Part shown: positions 52,727-62,800 of the stretch, piece after piece
Layout: each line of letters opens with the position of its first letter
Position numbering within the stretch: position 1 is the first letter of the stretch
From: a virus
Lineage: Duplodnaviria > Caudoviricetes
Strand: one strand, 5' to 3'
IMG/VR virus record: IMGVR_UViG_3300046475_000120
Location: 1,183 to 65,182 of that record
DNA: 64,000 bases
The notes under the pieces: model-generated
Database searches by the model: none
Seen by the model: only the letters and a program-made list of their open reading frames with translations
What the model was told of the DNA's origin: nothing
Translations under genes and position numbers: made by a program

Positions 52727-53692
52727 ATGGGTTCGCTTCTGAAACTGACCAACAACGCGCTCGGGCGCCTGAACGCTACCGTCAGCACGGTCGACACGAC
52801 GGTGACGCTGGTACCGGGCCAGGGCGCCAAGTTCCCCGCCATCGTCAATACCGGCGAGCACTACCCCGGCACGCTGGTACGCGCGAGCGACGGCGCCATC
52901 GAGATCGTCAACGTCACCGGCCGCAGCGGAGACGTGCTGACGGTGGCGCGCGCCCAGGAAAACACGACGGCGCTAGCGTTCGCCATCAACGACCGTTTTG
53001 AACTGCGCCTGACCGGCGGCGCCCTGCAAGGTGAACTGGACCGCATGGCCGGCCTGCTCGACGGCAAGGCCGATGCGTCGACGGTGGCGTCGAAAGCCGA
53101 CGGCGCAGCTACCACGGCGGCGCTGGCCGGCAAGGCCAGCACGGCATCGGTTGCCTCAAAGGCAAACAGCGCCGACGTGCTGGCACTGGTGGGCGGCGGC
53201 ATCGTCACCGGTTCGGTCGGCGTCAAGGCCGGCAGTGCGAACGGCACGCAGCGCCTGATGGTACCGATGTACCAGGCCGACGGTACGCTGCGCTTCCTGA
53301 TCGGGTTCGACAGCGACGACACGCCCGTCATGTGGTCGTACGGTTCGACCGGGGCCAATACCGGCAGCGTCCACTACGGCAACGGCAACGTCACGGCCAG
53401 CGGCACCGTCTCCGGCGCGGTCGTGACGCAGACTTCCGACGAGCGCCACAAGGAAAACTGGCAGATCTTGACCGATGCGCAGCTCGACGCGCTGGCCGAC
53501 ATGCAGCTGGCCGGCCTGTTCCAGTGGAAGCACAGCGGAGAATGGTCAATTGGCGGCTCGGCGCAGGAAATCCGCGCCATCGTGCCACAGGCGGTATACG
53601 AGGACGTCGACGGCTACCTGACGGTGAACTATGGCGGCCTGGGCTTCGCCATCCAGCAAGCGACACTGCGCCGCCTGTGGGGCAAGCGATGA
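52727..53692 (+). CDS. Short tail fibre with a peptidase S74 intramolecular chaperone
   Basis: C-terminal TSDERHKEN (Ser/Lys dyad), GGSAQEI..VPQAV, LTVNYGGL. Confidence 0.85.
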   Translation: MGSLLKLTNNALGRLNATVSTVDTTVTLVPGQGAKFPAIVNTGEHYPGTLVRASDGAIEIVNVTGRSGDVLTVARAQENTTALAFAINDRFELRLTGGALQGELDRMAGLLDGKADASTVASKADGAATTAALAGKASTASVASKANSADVLALVGGGIVTGSVGVKAGSANGTQRLMVPMYQADGTLRFLIGFDSDDTPVMWSYGSTGANTGSVHYGNGNVTASGTVSGAVVTQTSDERHKENWQILTDAQLDALADMQLAGLFQWKHSGEWSIGGSAQEIRAIVPQAVYEDVDGYLTVNYGGLGFAIQQATLRRLWGKR

Positions 53693-54174
53693 CTCTGCCC
53701 GCCTCCGGCGCCATCAGCCTGACCGACGTCATGGCCGAACTGCGCACGGTAAACCCGTCGCGCGCCTACCCGATCACGCTAGGCGACAGCGACGTGCGCG
53801 CGCTGGCGCAGGTTCCCTCCGGCCCCATCAGCCTGACGAGCCTGTACGGCAAGAGCGCGTATGTCCCGATGAGCGGGTCGATCCCGACGGTCAACGCAAA
53901 TGCCGCCGGCAACGTCGGCTTCCCCTATACGGCGCACGCCAACGTGTCGATCAGCCTGAGCGGCGGCAAGGCGCCGTTTTCCTATGCATGGTCGCACCTG
54001 TCGGGCGACGGCGGCATCACGGCTGCCAACGCCGCTACTGTCACCGCCAGTTTCGCCATCTCGCGCTACGCTGCCAGCGGCGACAATTTCAGCCAGGCGG
54101 TGCAGTGCATCGTCACCGACGTCACCGGCGCGCAATTTCCCTGCTCCGGCACGGTGAACCTGACGCTTACCTGA
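53689..54174 (+). CDS. Tail fibre tip/accessory protein
   Basis: MTLPASGAISL..V.AEL..ISL.SLYGKS gp38-like N-terminus plus Ig-like C-terminus. Confidence 0.7.
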   Translation: MTLPASGAISLTDVMAELRTVNPSRAYPITLGDSDVRALAQVPSGPISLTSLYGKSAYVPMSGSIPTVNANAAGNVGFPYTAHANVSISLSGGKAPFSYAWSHLSGDGGITAANAATVTASFAISRYAASGDNFSQAVQCIVTDVTGAQFPCSGTVNLTLT

Positions 54175-54184
54175 AAGGCACCGC

Positions 54185-55930
54185 ATGGCGACCCTGAAAC
54201 TGACCGCATTTTCCGGCGAGATCCCGCGCGAGCAGCCGCGATTGCTGCCGCCGACCGCCGCCCAGCATGCCGAAAACACGCGCCTGACCAGCGGCGGCCT
54301 GGTGCCGGTACGCCAGGCGCGGAACGTCTATACAATCAGCGGCCACACCGCCGGCGCCGTCAAGACCATCTATAAGCATGGCAGCGAATGGCTGGCGTGG
54401 GACACGGTGGTCAACGCCTGTCCCGGCCCGGTGGCGCAGGATCGGCTGTACTATACGGGCGACGGCGTGCCGAAAATGCGTGTGTCCGGCGTCAATTACC
54501 CGCTCGCCGTGCCGTTTCCCGCCACCGCGCTGACGGCGACGACCTCCGGCACGCCGACCGGACCCGTCACCGAGCGGCTCTACGTGCGTACCTTCGTCAC
54601 CTCGTTCGGCGAGGAATCGGAACCGTCTCCGGTAACGGCGCCGGTGAACTGGCAGTCCGGCCTGACGGTGACGCTGTCGGGATTTACGGCGGCGCCGTCA
54701 GGGCGCGGCATCACGCTCGAGCGCATCTACCGCTCGCAGGACAGTGCGCTTGGCACCAGCCTGTTTTTTATCGCCGAGCGCGCCGCCAGCACCGCCGATT
54801 TTGTCGACACCGTCGCGCCCGATGGCTTTGGCGAACTGCTGCCGTCGTCCGACTGGAACGCGCCGCCCGATGGCCTGCAGGGACTGTGCGCCGGCGCCAA
54901 CGGCATGCTGGCCGGCTTCGTCGGCAAGGACCTGTATTTCAGCGAGCCCTACCGCCCGCACGCCTGGCCGCAGAAATACATCCTGACGGTCGATTTCAAT
55001 ATTATCGCCGTCGGCTCGTTCGGCACCACCTTCGTCGTCATGACCGAGGGGCGCCCCTATATCGTCAATGGCAACACACCCGACTCGATGGTGCAGGAGA
55101 AAATCGAACGCAACCTGCCGTGCATCAACGCGCGCGGCGTCGTCGACCTCGGCTACGGCGTCGCCTACCCGTCCACCGACGGCCTCGTGATGGTGTCGAA
55201 CGCCGGCGCCGACGTCGTCACCAAGAACCTTATGGCGCGCACCGACTGGCAACTGACCCAGCCCGATACCTACGTCGCCGGCCAGTACGACGGGCGCTAT
55301 TTTGCCAGCTATTCGTACGTCGACGTCCTCAACCAGCCGGTGATGGGCACCTTCATCATCGACCTGACGGGCGAGCAGCCGTTCATCCTGCGCGCCTCTC
55401 GCTATGCCGATGCCTGCCATTACTCGCTGATCGACAGCGCCCTCTACATGCTGTCGGGCCTGACCATCTACGAGTGGGACGCGGTCGGCCAGCTGCCGGA
55501 AGTGCAGTCGTGGAAAAGCAAGAAATTCGTGCTCGCCGCGCCCGCCTCGTTCGGCGCCATGCTGGTCGAGGGCGACGACAGCCTCTCGGCCAACGACCTC
55601 GACGACATTGCCCAGGCCAACGCGGCGATCGCCACCGGCAACGCGGCGCTGTTCGCGCAGCCGTCGATCGGCGGCGAACTGAATGGCGCGGCATTCGGCC
55701 TGTACGTGATCAACGGCGACGCGCTGACGCCGGCAGTGCCTGAAAAATACGCCTCGATCGCCATCTTCGCTGACGGCGTGCTGGTCGACACGGTGAGCGA
55801 CCTGAACGTGGCCGTGCGCCTGAAACCGATTCCGCGCAACCGCTCGTGGCACGTCGAGGTGTCCGGCACCGCCGAGGTGTCGCAGATCTCGATGGCGACG
55901 ACGATGCGCGAACTGAACCAGATCGGATAA
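54185..55930 (+). CDS. Tail nozzle/stabilisation protein
   Basis: 581 aa; FSEPYRPHAWP, GVAYPSTDGL, WKSKKF. Confidence 0.8.
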   Translation: MATLKLTAFSGEIPREQPRLLPPTAAQHAENTRLTSGGLVPVRQARNVYTISGHTAGAVKTIYKHGSEWLAWDTVVNACPGPVAQDRLYYTGDGVPKMRVSGVNYPLAVPFPATALTATTSGTPTGPVTERLYVRTFVTSFGEESEPSPVTAPVNWQSGLTVTLSGFTAAPSGRGITLERIYRSQDSALGTSLFFIAERAASTADFVDTVAPDGFGELLPSSDWNAPPDGLQGLCAGANGMLAGFVGKDLYFSEPYRPHAWPQKYILTVDFNIIAVGSFGTTFVVMTEGRPYIVNGNTPDSMVQEKIERNLPCINARGVVDLGYGVAYPSTDGLVMVSNAGADVVTKNLMARTDWQLTQPDTYVAGQYDGRYFASYSYVDVLNQPVMGTFIIDLTGEQPFILRASRYADACHYSLIDSALYMLSGLTIYEWDAVGQLPEVQSWKSKKFVLAAPASFGAMLVEGDDSLSANDLDDIAQANAAIATGNAALFAQPSIGGELNGAAFGLYVINGDALTPAVPEKYASIAIFADGVLVDTVSDLNVAVRLKPIPRNRSWHVEVSGTAEVSQISMATTMRELNQIG

Positions 55931-55934
55931 GCGG

Positions 55935-56195
55935 ATGGACAAGTTTTCCAGCGACTTTTTGCAGATGAAGGAAAAGGTCGAGAATTTTACGGGCGAGCGC
56001 GGCGCGGCCAAGCGGCCCCTGTCGGCGGTGCGCCGCGGCGAACTGGCTGCGCTGGCGACCAGGCCCATGAAATCGGCGCAATTGACGGCCGCGCCCACCA
56101 TGGCCGACTTCAATGCGCTGCAGGCCGACGTCAAGGCGCTGATGGACGCGCTGGCGCAGGTGTCGAATGCGCTCGGCACGGCCAAGTTCCTATGA
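55935..56195 (+). CDS. Small tail-associated protein
   Basis: APTMADFNALQADV motif. Confidence 0.7.
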   Translation: MDKFSSDFLQMKEKVENFTGERGAAKRPLSAVRRGELAALATRPMKSAQLTAAPTMADFNALQADVKALMDALAQVSNALGTAKFL

Positions 56196-56286
56196 GGCAA
56201 TCAGTGATGGCGGGGCGGTAGGTAAATCGTTAGAATGGTGCCAATTCAAGACCGGGGGCAGCAATGAACGAAGGCATAGGCGGCGC

Positions 56287-56709
56287 GTGAGCACGGCACT
56301 GATTTACGGGCAGGAAGAACGCCTGCTGCCGTGGGCGGCGCGGGTGATCGGCTGCGAGCGGTTCCGCCGCGACGCCTACTGCATCGGGCTGGAAAAGCAG
56401 GGCGAACTGGTGGCGGTGGTCGTGTTCGACGATTTTACGAAAGCCGGCTGCCACATGAGCGTGGCCAGCGACGGTTCGGCGCACTGGCTCAGCCGCGGCT
56501 ACCTGGCAGCGCTGTTCGCTTACCCGTTCCTGCAATTAAAACTGCGGCGCGTGACGGCTCTGATTGCACAAAAGAACGAGCGATCGCGTTCCTTCTGCGA
56601 GCACATCGGGTTCAGGCAGGAGGGCGTCTGTCCGCACGGCTTGCCGGACGACGATCTGATCATCATGGGCATGCTGGCCGGCGAGTGCCGTTATCTACCG
56701 AGGGAGTAA
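56287..56709 (+). CDS. GNAT-fold acetyltransferase-like protein
   Basis: WLSRGYL..F.YPF.QL..RVT..KNERS..GF.QEG. Confidence 0.85.
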   Translation: MSTALIYGQEERLLPWAARVIGCERFRRDAYCIGLEKQGELVAVVVFDDFTKAGCHMSVASDGSAHWLSRGYLAALFAYPFLQLKLRRVTALIAQKNERSRSFCEHIGFRQEGVCPHGLPDDDLIIMGMLAGECRYLPRE

Positions 56710-56715
56710 CAAATA

Positions 56716-57552
56716 ATGGGCAAGGATACCACCGTCGAGGCGCCAAAGCCGGACCCGATGATCGGCCAGGCGGCAGCGGCGAACATCGAACTGGGCAACA
56801 AGTGGCTCGACCAGTCGAAGGAGCAGTACGCCGAAGGCCTGAAACGCCAGGACATCACCGATGCGCTGACCGGGAAAGTCGTCGACCAGCAGCTGGCGAC
56901 CCAGGCACAGGCCAACCAGTGGGCGCAGCAGGACCGGGCGCGCACTACCGGCATCTACCAGCCGATGCAGGACCAGTACGCCCAGGTCGCCAACAATTTC
57001 GATTCGCAGGCCAACCAGGACGCGGCGGCGGCCACCGCGCGCGCCGGCATTGCGACGTCGGCCGATGCGCAGCAGGGCGCGGCCGACCGCAACATGCTGA
57101 GCATGGGGATCAATCCGAACTCGGGGCGCTTTGCCGGCATTAACCGCGCCGGCGACACCGCTACTGCGCTCGGCGAGGCGGGCGCCGCCAACGCCGCGCG
57201 CGCCCAACTGCGCAGCCAGGCCATTTCACTCAAGGGCGACGCGATCAACATGGGTAATGGCCTCGCCTCATCGGCGGCGGCGGCCTACGGCATCGGCACC
57301 GGCGCCGGCAACTCGGCGGTGGGCAACAACCAGTCATCGAACGGCAATTTCTACGCCAACGGCGCCCAGATGAACGCCGGCTACCAGGGCAACATCGGCG
57401 CCAACACGGCTGCCGGCGGCATCCTGAACACCCAGTATGGCATCGATACCTCGGGCGCGAACGCGCGAAACGCCATCGGCGCGCAGAACAACGCGACCAC
57501 CATGGGCGGTATCGGTTCGCTCGCCGGCGCCGGCGTGTCGCTGTTCCTGTAA
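56716..57552 (+). CDS. Internal virion / DNA-ejection protein
   Basis: Ala/Gly/Asn-rich, MGK..APKPDP N-terminus, hydrophobic C-terminus. Confidence 0.7.
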   Translation: MGKDTTVEAPKPDPMIGQAAAANIELGNKWLDQSKEQYAEGLKRQDITDALTGKVVDQQLATQAQANQWAQQDRARTTGIYQPMQDQYAQVANNFDSQANQDAAAATARAGIATSADAQQGAADRNMLSMGINPNSGRFAGINRAGDTATALGEAGAANAARAQLRSQAISLKGDAINMGNGLASSAAAAYGIGTGAGNSAVGNNQSSNGNFYANGAQMNAGYQGNIGANTAAGGILNTQYGIDTSGANARNAIGAQNNATTMGGIGSLAGAGVSLFL

Positions 57553-57559
57553 GGGCGCC

Positions 57560-58312
57560 ATGAAAACGTCGATCGGCCAGATCATGCAGGCGCTGAACCG
57601 GCACGACAGGATCGCGCTGCAGCTCTCGGGCGGGCGAGATTCGATCGCCGTTCTCTACATGCTGCGCCTGTTCCTGAACCGCATCACGGTGTACTGGGTC
57701 AATACGGGCGCCGCGATGCCGGAGACGGTGGCGCTGATGGACAAGCTGCGCCAGTGGATTCCCAACTTCGTCGAGATTGCCGGCGACCAGCCGGGCCACA
57801 TCGAGCGTTTTGGCTACCCGTCCGACATCGTGCCGGCCAGCGCGACGCCGGTAGGGCGGCTGGTGGCGAGCATCGAAGCGCGCGCTCCTGCCATCCAGGA
57901 CCGCTACACCTGCTGCATCAACGTCATGATGCTGCCGATGCAAAAGCGGATGATGGCTGACGGCATCACCCTGATCATTCGCGGCCAGAAGAACGCCGAC
58001 AAACTGAAAGGGCCGAGCCGCTCCGGCATGCGCGAGTACGGCGCCGAACTGCTGTTCCCGCTCGAGCACTGGAGTTCGCGCGAGGTGATGGAGTATTTAA
58101 AGGCGGAAGGAGCGCCGATCCCGCGCTTCTACGAAATGCTCGACTCGGCGCCGGACTGCCTGACCTGCTCGGCGTACTGGGAAGAAGGCCACGCAGCCTA
58201 CCTGAAACGCTATCACCATCCGCAGTACCTGGAAGTGCAGCGCCGGCTCGACACGATCAACCAAGCGGTGGCCGTTCACATCGGCGCCTTCAACCAAGAG
58301 GTGAATTCATGA
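57560..58312 (+). CDS. PAPS-reductase-like protein in the ejection module
   Basis: LQLSGGRDS PP-loop, VNTG, CC, IRGQK, DCLTCSA. Confidence 0.85.
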   Translation: MKTSIGQIMQALNRHDRIALQLSGGRDSIAVLYMLRLFLNRITVYWVNTGAAMPETVALMDKLRQWIPNFVEIAGDQPGHIERFGYPSDIVPASATPVGRLVASIEARAPAIQDRYTCCINVMMLPMQKRMMADGITLIIRGQKNADKLKGPSRSGMREYGAELLFPLEHWSSREVMEYLKAEGAPIPRFYEMLDSAPDCLTCSAYWEEGHAAYLKRYHHPQYLEVQRRLDTINQAVAVHIGAFNQEVNS

Positions 58313-59793
58313 CTTTTAATATCGGCGGCAGCCTGGCCAGCGGCTTTTCGCAGGGACTCGACATCGGCAACCGCATCACCGACCTGATGAAGGAGGACGC
58401 CGTCGCCAAGGTGCGCGCCCAGGGCATCGCCGAGGCGCGCGCCATGCAGGCAGCAGGCACGCCGCAGGTGCAGGATAACGGCGACATGCAGAACCTGACC
58501 GCCAACCCGCAGGCAAGCGTCGACCCGGCCGCGCCGCCGGTCAACACCAGCCTTGCCGCGTCGCCGGCGATGGCGGGCGCCGCGGCGCCCGTAACCGCCG
58601 ATCCGGATGCGCCGCTGTCGGACACGCCGCAGGCTTCTCCCGCACCGGCCGGCCCCGCCACCGGCGGCGTGACGATCGCCGGCGGCAAGCGCTTCATGGT
58701 GGGCGACCAGGGTTTCGATGATCTCGCCTCGGCCCAGGCGCACGCCGCCAAACAGGCTCCCGACATCAACGAGATGATGCGCAAGACGCTGGTGCCTAAA
58801 ATGCAGGCGATCTACATGGACCAGGGCGACGTGGCGAAAGCCGATGCGTGGGGCCAGTGGGCGAAGTCGAAGGAAGGCGAACAGAAGATGGCCGACTGGG
58901 GCAAGGCGTTTTCGCAGGCGCAGGCGGGCAACTTCGGCGCCGCTGCCGACCAGCTGGCGAAGATGCACGCTGACCTGAACGACGGCATGACCTACCTCGG
59001 CCACGAAGACGTCAAGGATAAAAATGGCAACCTGACCGGCTTCAACATGACGTACAAGGACGACGCCACCGGCGAGCAGAAAAGCCAGTTCGTCGACAAG
59101 CACGCGCTGATCGACCAGGGCCTGACCGCGCTGAGCCCGCAGGCGATGTTCGACCAGACCTACAAGGCGCAGGCCGCATCCGACACGATGGCGGCGAAAG
59201 AGGCGATCGACAACCGCAACGACGCCCGCACCGCGGCGCGCCAGGCCGCCAATGCCGCCGCCGTCACCGCGCGCGAAGGTGTCCTGCAGGACAAGAAATT
59301 CAGCCAGGACAAGGAGATGGAGGCCGTCAAGAGCACCAACCGCATCGCCGAGGACGCAGCGAAGAAACAGATTGACGTCGGCGCGGTGGGCCCGACCTAC
59401 AAGGCCAAACTGGATGCCCAGGTGGCCGCGATGCGCCAGTACGGCATGAGCGAGGACGATATTCAGGGCTCGATCCCGGTGCTGGTCGGCGCCGACGGCA
59501 CCAAGAAGACTACCGACCCGACCGAGCGGCGCGCCATCATCACCACCGAACTGCTGAAAGACCCGCGCTTCGGCAAGAAGACCGAGGCGCAGCAGAAGGA
59601 CCAGGTCGACCAGCTGATGCGCGTGGGCGGCGTCGATGTCTCCGGTGGCGTCAAGATCCCGCGCCGCACCAACGGCACGCCACCACCGGCCGCCCCGGCA
59701 GCGGGCGCCACGCCACCAGCCGGCGCGCGCGTCGCCAAGACCGGCGGCATCCCGGTATGGGACCCGGCCACCAACAGCATGATCACCCGCTGA
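58309..59793 (+). CDS. Internal virion / DNA-ejection protein
   Basis: 494 aa, helical and Ala/Gln-rich; GSLASGFSQG N-terminus. Confidence 0.7.
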   Translation: MTFNIGGSLASGFSQGLDIGNRITDLMKEDAVAKVRAQGIAEARAMQAAGTPQVQDNGDMQNLTANPQASVDPAAPPVNTSLAASPAMAGAAAPVTADPDAPLSDTPQASPAPAGPATGGVTIAGGKRFMVGDQGFDDLASAQAHAAKQAPDINEMMRKTLVPKMQAIYMDQGDVAKADAWGQWAKSKEGEQKMADWGKAFSQAQAGNFGAAADQLAKMHADLNDGMTYLGHEDVKDKNGNLTGFNMTYKDDATGEQKSQFVDKHALIDQGLTALSPQAMFDQTYKAQAASDTMAAKEAIDNRNDARTAARQAANAAAVTAREGVLQDKKFSQDKEMEAVKSTNRIAEDAAKKQIDVGAVGPTYKAKLDAQVAAMRQYGMSEDDIQGSIPVLVGADGTKKTTDPTERRAIITTELLKDPRFGKKTEAQQKDQVDQLMRVGGVDVSGGVKIPRRTNGTPPPAAPAAGATPPAGARVAKTGGIPVWDPATNSMITR

Positions 59794-59831
59794 GCATGCC
59801 GCACTTGCAGGGCTGAAACTTTCGGCCCTGC

Positions 59832-59879
59832 AATATCGGTTCTATAAGGCGCCCGAAAAGGTTAGAATCGCACCATCCT
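59832..59879 (+). promoter_or_regulatory. Putative late promoter motif, copy B (giant protein)
   Basis: AATATCGGTTCTATAAGGCGCCCGAAAAGGTTAGAATCGCACCATCC. Confidence 0.65.
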
Positions 59880-59897
59880 GAATAGCCGAGGTTGCCA

Positions 59898-62800
59898 GTG
59901 CCGACGAATCCGAATCCCTTCATGCGCTCGTCGTTCGACGCTCTTGCCGACCAGACGGCGGCGCCGGTCGAGCCCGTCGCGGTGCCGCAGCCGGCCGAGA
60001 TGCCGGAGCCGATGGCCGCGACGCCGGGGCTGGCCGTTGCCGTTCCTGCCGCCCCAGCGGTTGCCGTCCAGTCGCCGGTCGGCAAGCCCGACGCGCTGGC
60101 GCCGCCGCCCGACCTGCGCGGCGTGTTCGAAGGTTCCGCCAAGGCGTTCAACGTGCCGGTCAACGTCCTGATGGCGCTGGCGCACCAGGAGAGCAATTAC
60201 AATCCCCTGTCGGTGAACACCAGTTCGGGCGCGCAGGGCATCATGAACTACATGCCGGCCACCTCGAAATCGCTCGGCATCAACCCGTTCGACCCGAACG
60301 AGGCGATCCCCGCCGCCGCCAAGCAGCTGCGCGAACGGCTGGACAACGGCGCATCGATGGCCGACGCGGTAAAAGAACACTTCGCCGGGCCGAACCGGGG
60401 ATTGTGGAAGGACAAGACGGCGGCGTACGGCGACCAGGTGCTGTCGAAGGCGGGCCAGATCGGCGCCCTGCTGTACCCGGCCAATGGTACTGCTGGTGAA
60501 GAAGACGACGACGAGGCCGATGGTCCTGCGAAACCGGGAGAGCCGGTCAACCAGAACCGTTTTTCGGCCGCCATGTCGCGCCCGGACTACTATGCCAATT
60601 TCATTGCCCTGAACCCGCGCGCAACGCCCGACGCGATCCAGAACGCGATGGCGCAGTACGATGTCGATGCCGCCGCGCGCACCAAAAATGCCACCTCGCG
60701 CGTGCAGGACAAGTTCGCCCAGATGTCCAGCCCGGAAGCGGCGTTCAACGCGAAACTGAACGCGAAGCTGCAGGGCGACAACGAAGGTCTGGCGCAGGTG
60801 CTGCCGGCCAACGCGCAGCCGGCCAACCCGGTCAGCCAGACGGTAGCGCCCTCGACGGCAGCCACCATCGGCGCGAATATCACCGGCGGGGCGCTGAGCG
60901 GCCTGACCGGCGCCATGGCGGCCGGCGCCTCATTGATCGGAGACGATGCCACCGCCAAGGACATCGACGGCGCGCGCGCCCAGGTCGAGGCGCGCATGAA
61001 GGAACTGGGGGGAGACACCATCCTCGGCAAGGCGGCTTCACTGGTGGGTGGCGTCGCTCCCGCGCTGGCCGCGCCGGAAGGCGCCATGGCGCAACTGGCA
61101 GTCAATGCCGGCCTGTTCGCCCTGCCGGCGGCGCGCGACACCTATCACGCACAGATCGCCAAGGGCGCCAGCCAGACGCTGGCCGTCATCCACGCAGCGG
61201 AAGCGGCCGGCATCAACCTGGCCATGCCGATGGTGGCCACGCGCGGGCTCGGCGCGGTAGCGAATAAACTCGGCGCCGAGGGGCTGACCGGGATCGGCGG
61301 CGCAGCGGCGGGCATCGGCCAGGCCGCAGTCGAGGGTGTCGGCTTTTCGGCGGCCAACACGGCGCTCGACAAGGGCACCGACGTGCTGGCCGGCCAGCAG
61401 AACGATGCGCCGTGGATCGACCCGAAGGACATGGCGGCGCAGGCGCTCGGCTTTGGCGCCCTGCGCGGCGCGCACGCGCTGGCCGGTTCTCCAGCTGCCG
61501 TGCAGGAAGCTATCCCATCACCGGCACCGGCCGAAGCCGTCACTGGCCCGCTGACTGCCGCCGTGCATGCTGCCGCGCCCGCCGAACCCGCTCCCCTGCC
61601 GCGCGGTGCCTCGGTGGCCGACCAGCTGCGCGCTCTGCGTCCGGTCGATGCGCCCGCCGGCCCGCTGACCGATGCCCTGCACGGCGCCGCCGCTGCGCAC
61701 GATGCCAACCCGATCGATGCGCCGGAAATCCCGCAGGCGCCGCCCGCACCCCCGCCGATCGAGTCGGTGCATATCGACGACCTGCGCGGCCGCCTGAAAA
61801 CGGCGGTGGCCGCGATCAAGGAAAACCGCACGCCCGAACTGATCGTCGAGCGCAACCTGGTGCAAAAAGAGATCAACGCGCGCTCTAAAGAGGCGGCCGA
61901 CGAAACGGCGCAGCTGGCCGAGCAACCAGCGTCGACCGGCCCGTTCGACACGCGCGAGGAAGCGGTAAAAATGGCACCGCGCCTGGCCGAGCAGACGGCG
62001 ACGGTGCACGAGGTGGTCAACAGGGACGGCAAATTCGTCCTGCAACCTGTGAAGGAAGACGGCAATGGCGCAGTTCTACCTGAAGGAACCGCTGACGGAA
62101 GCGGCAGCGCTGGAACTGCTGCAGGCGCAAAACCGGCTGACGGTGCAGGATATCCGGGACCTGCAGATGTTCCTGGCGTCGACGGAGCCGATGCCGGCCG
62201 ACCTGTGGGACAAGTACAACCTGATCGTGTTCGCTCAGAGCCAGCCAAAAAGCCAGTACCTGCACTGAGCGAGGCGGAAACCAACCCGTACGCGACGCGC
62301 CGGTTCGCCAGTGCCGACGCCGCGCGCTCGTTCATGGACAAGAACAAGGTCGATGCGAATGGCTTTGAAGTCGTGCCGCACGGGTCGAAACAGTTCAAGA
62401 TCAAGCCGAAGGATCCCGCTGTCGCCGCGCTTGACGCCGCCGCGCATGAGGCGGCCACCAGCCCGCAGAACGACCTGCCGGAGCCGACCGACGCGCAGAA
62501 GGAGGCGGGTAATTACAAAAAAGGACACGTTACTGTCCACGGCCTCGACATCACGGTGGAGAACCCGCGCGGCAGCGAGCGCTCCGGCACCAGCCCGGAC
62601 GGCACCGCCTGGTCGCATGAAATGTCGGACCACTACGGCTACATCAAGCGCACCATCGGCGCCGACGACGAGCACGTCGACACTTACATCGGCCCGAAGC
62701 CGGAATCGGACAAGGTATTCGTGGTCGACCAGATCGACCAGCCGACCGGGAAATTCGACGAGCACAAGGTGATGATGGGCTATCCCGACGAGAAATCTGC

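Noticed and set aside
35898-58312. PAPS-reductase-like genes as auxiliary sulfur-metabolism genes (cysH)
   Set aside because: Both are divergent from CysH, no other cys genes are present, and their contexts (early DNA-metabolism region and ejection module) point to other roles
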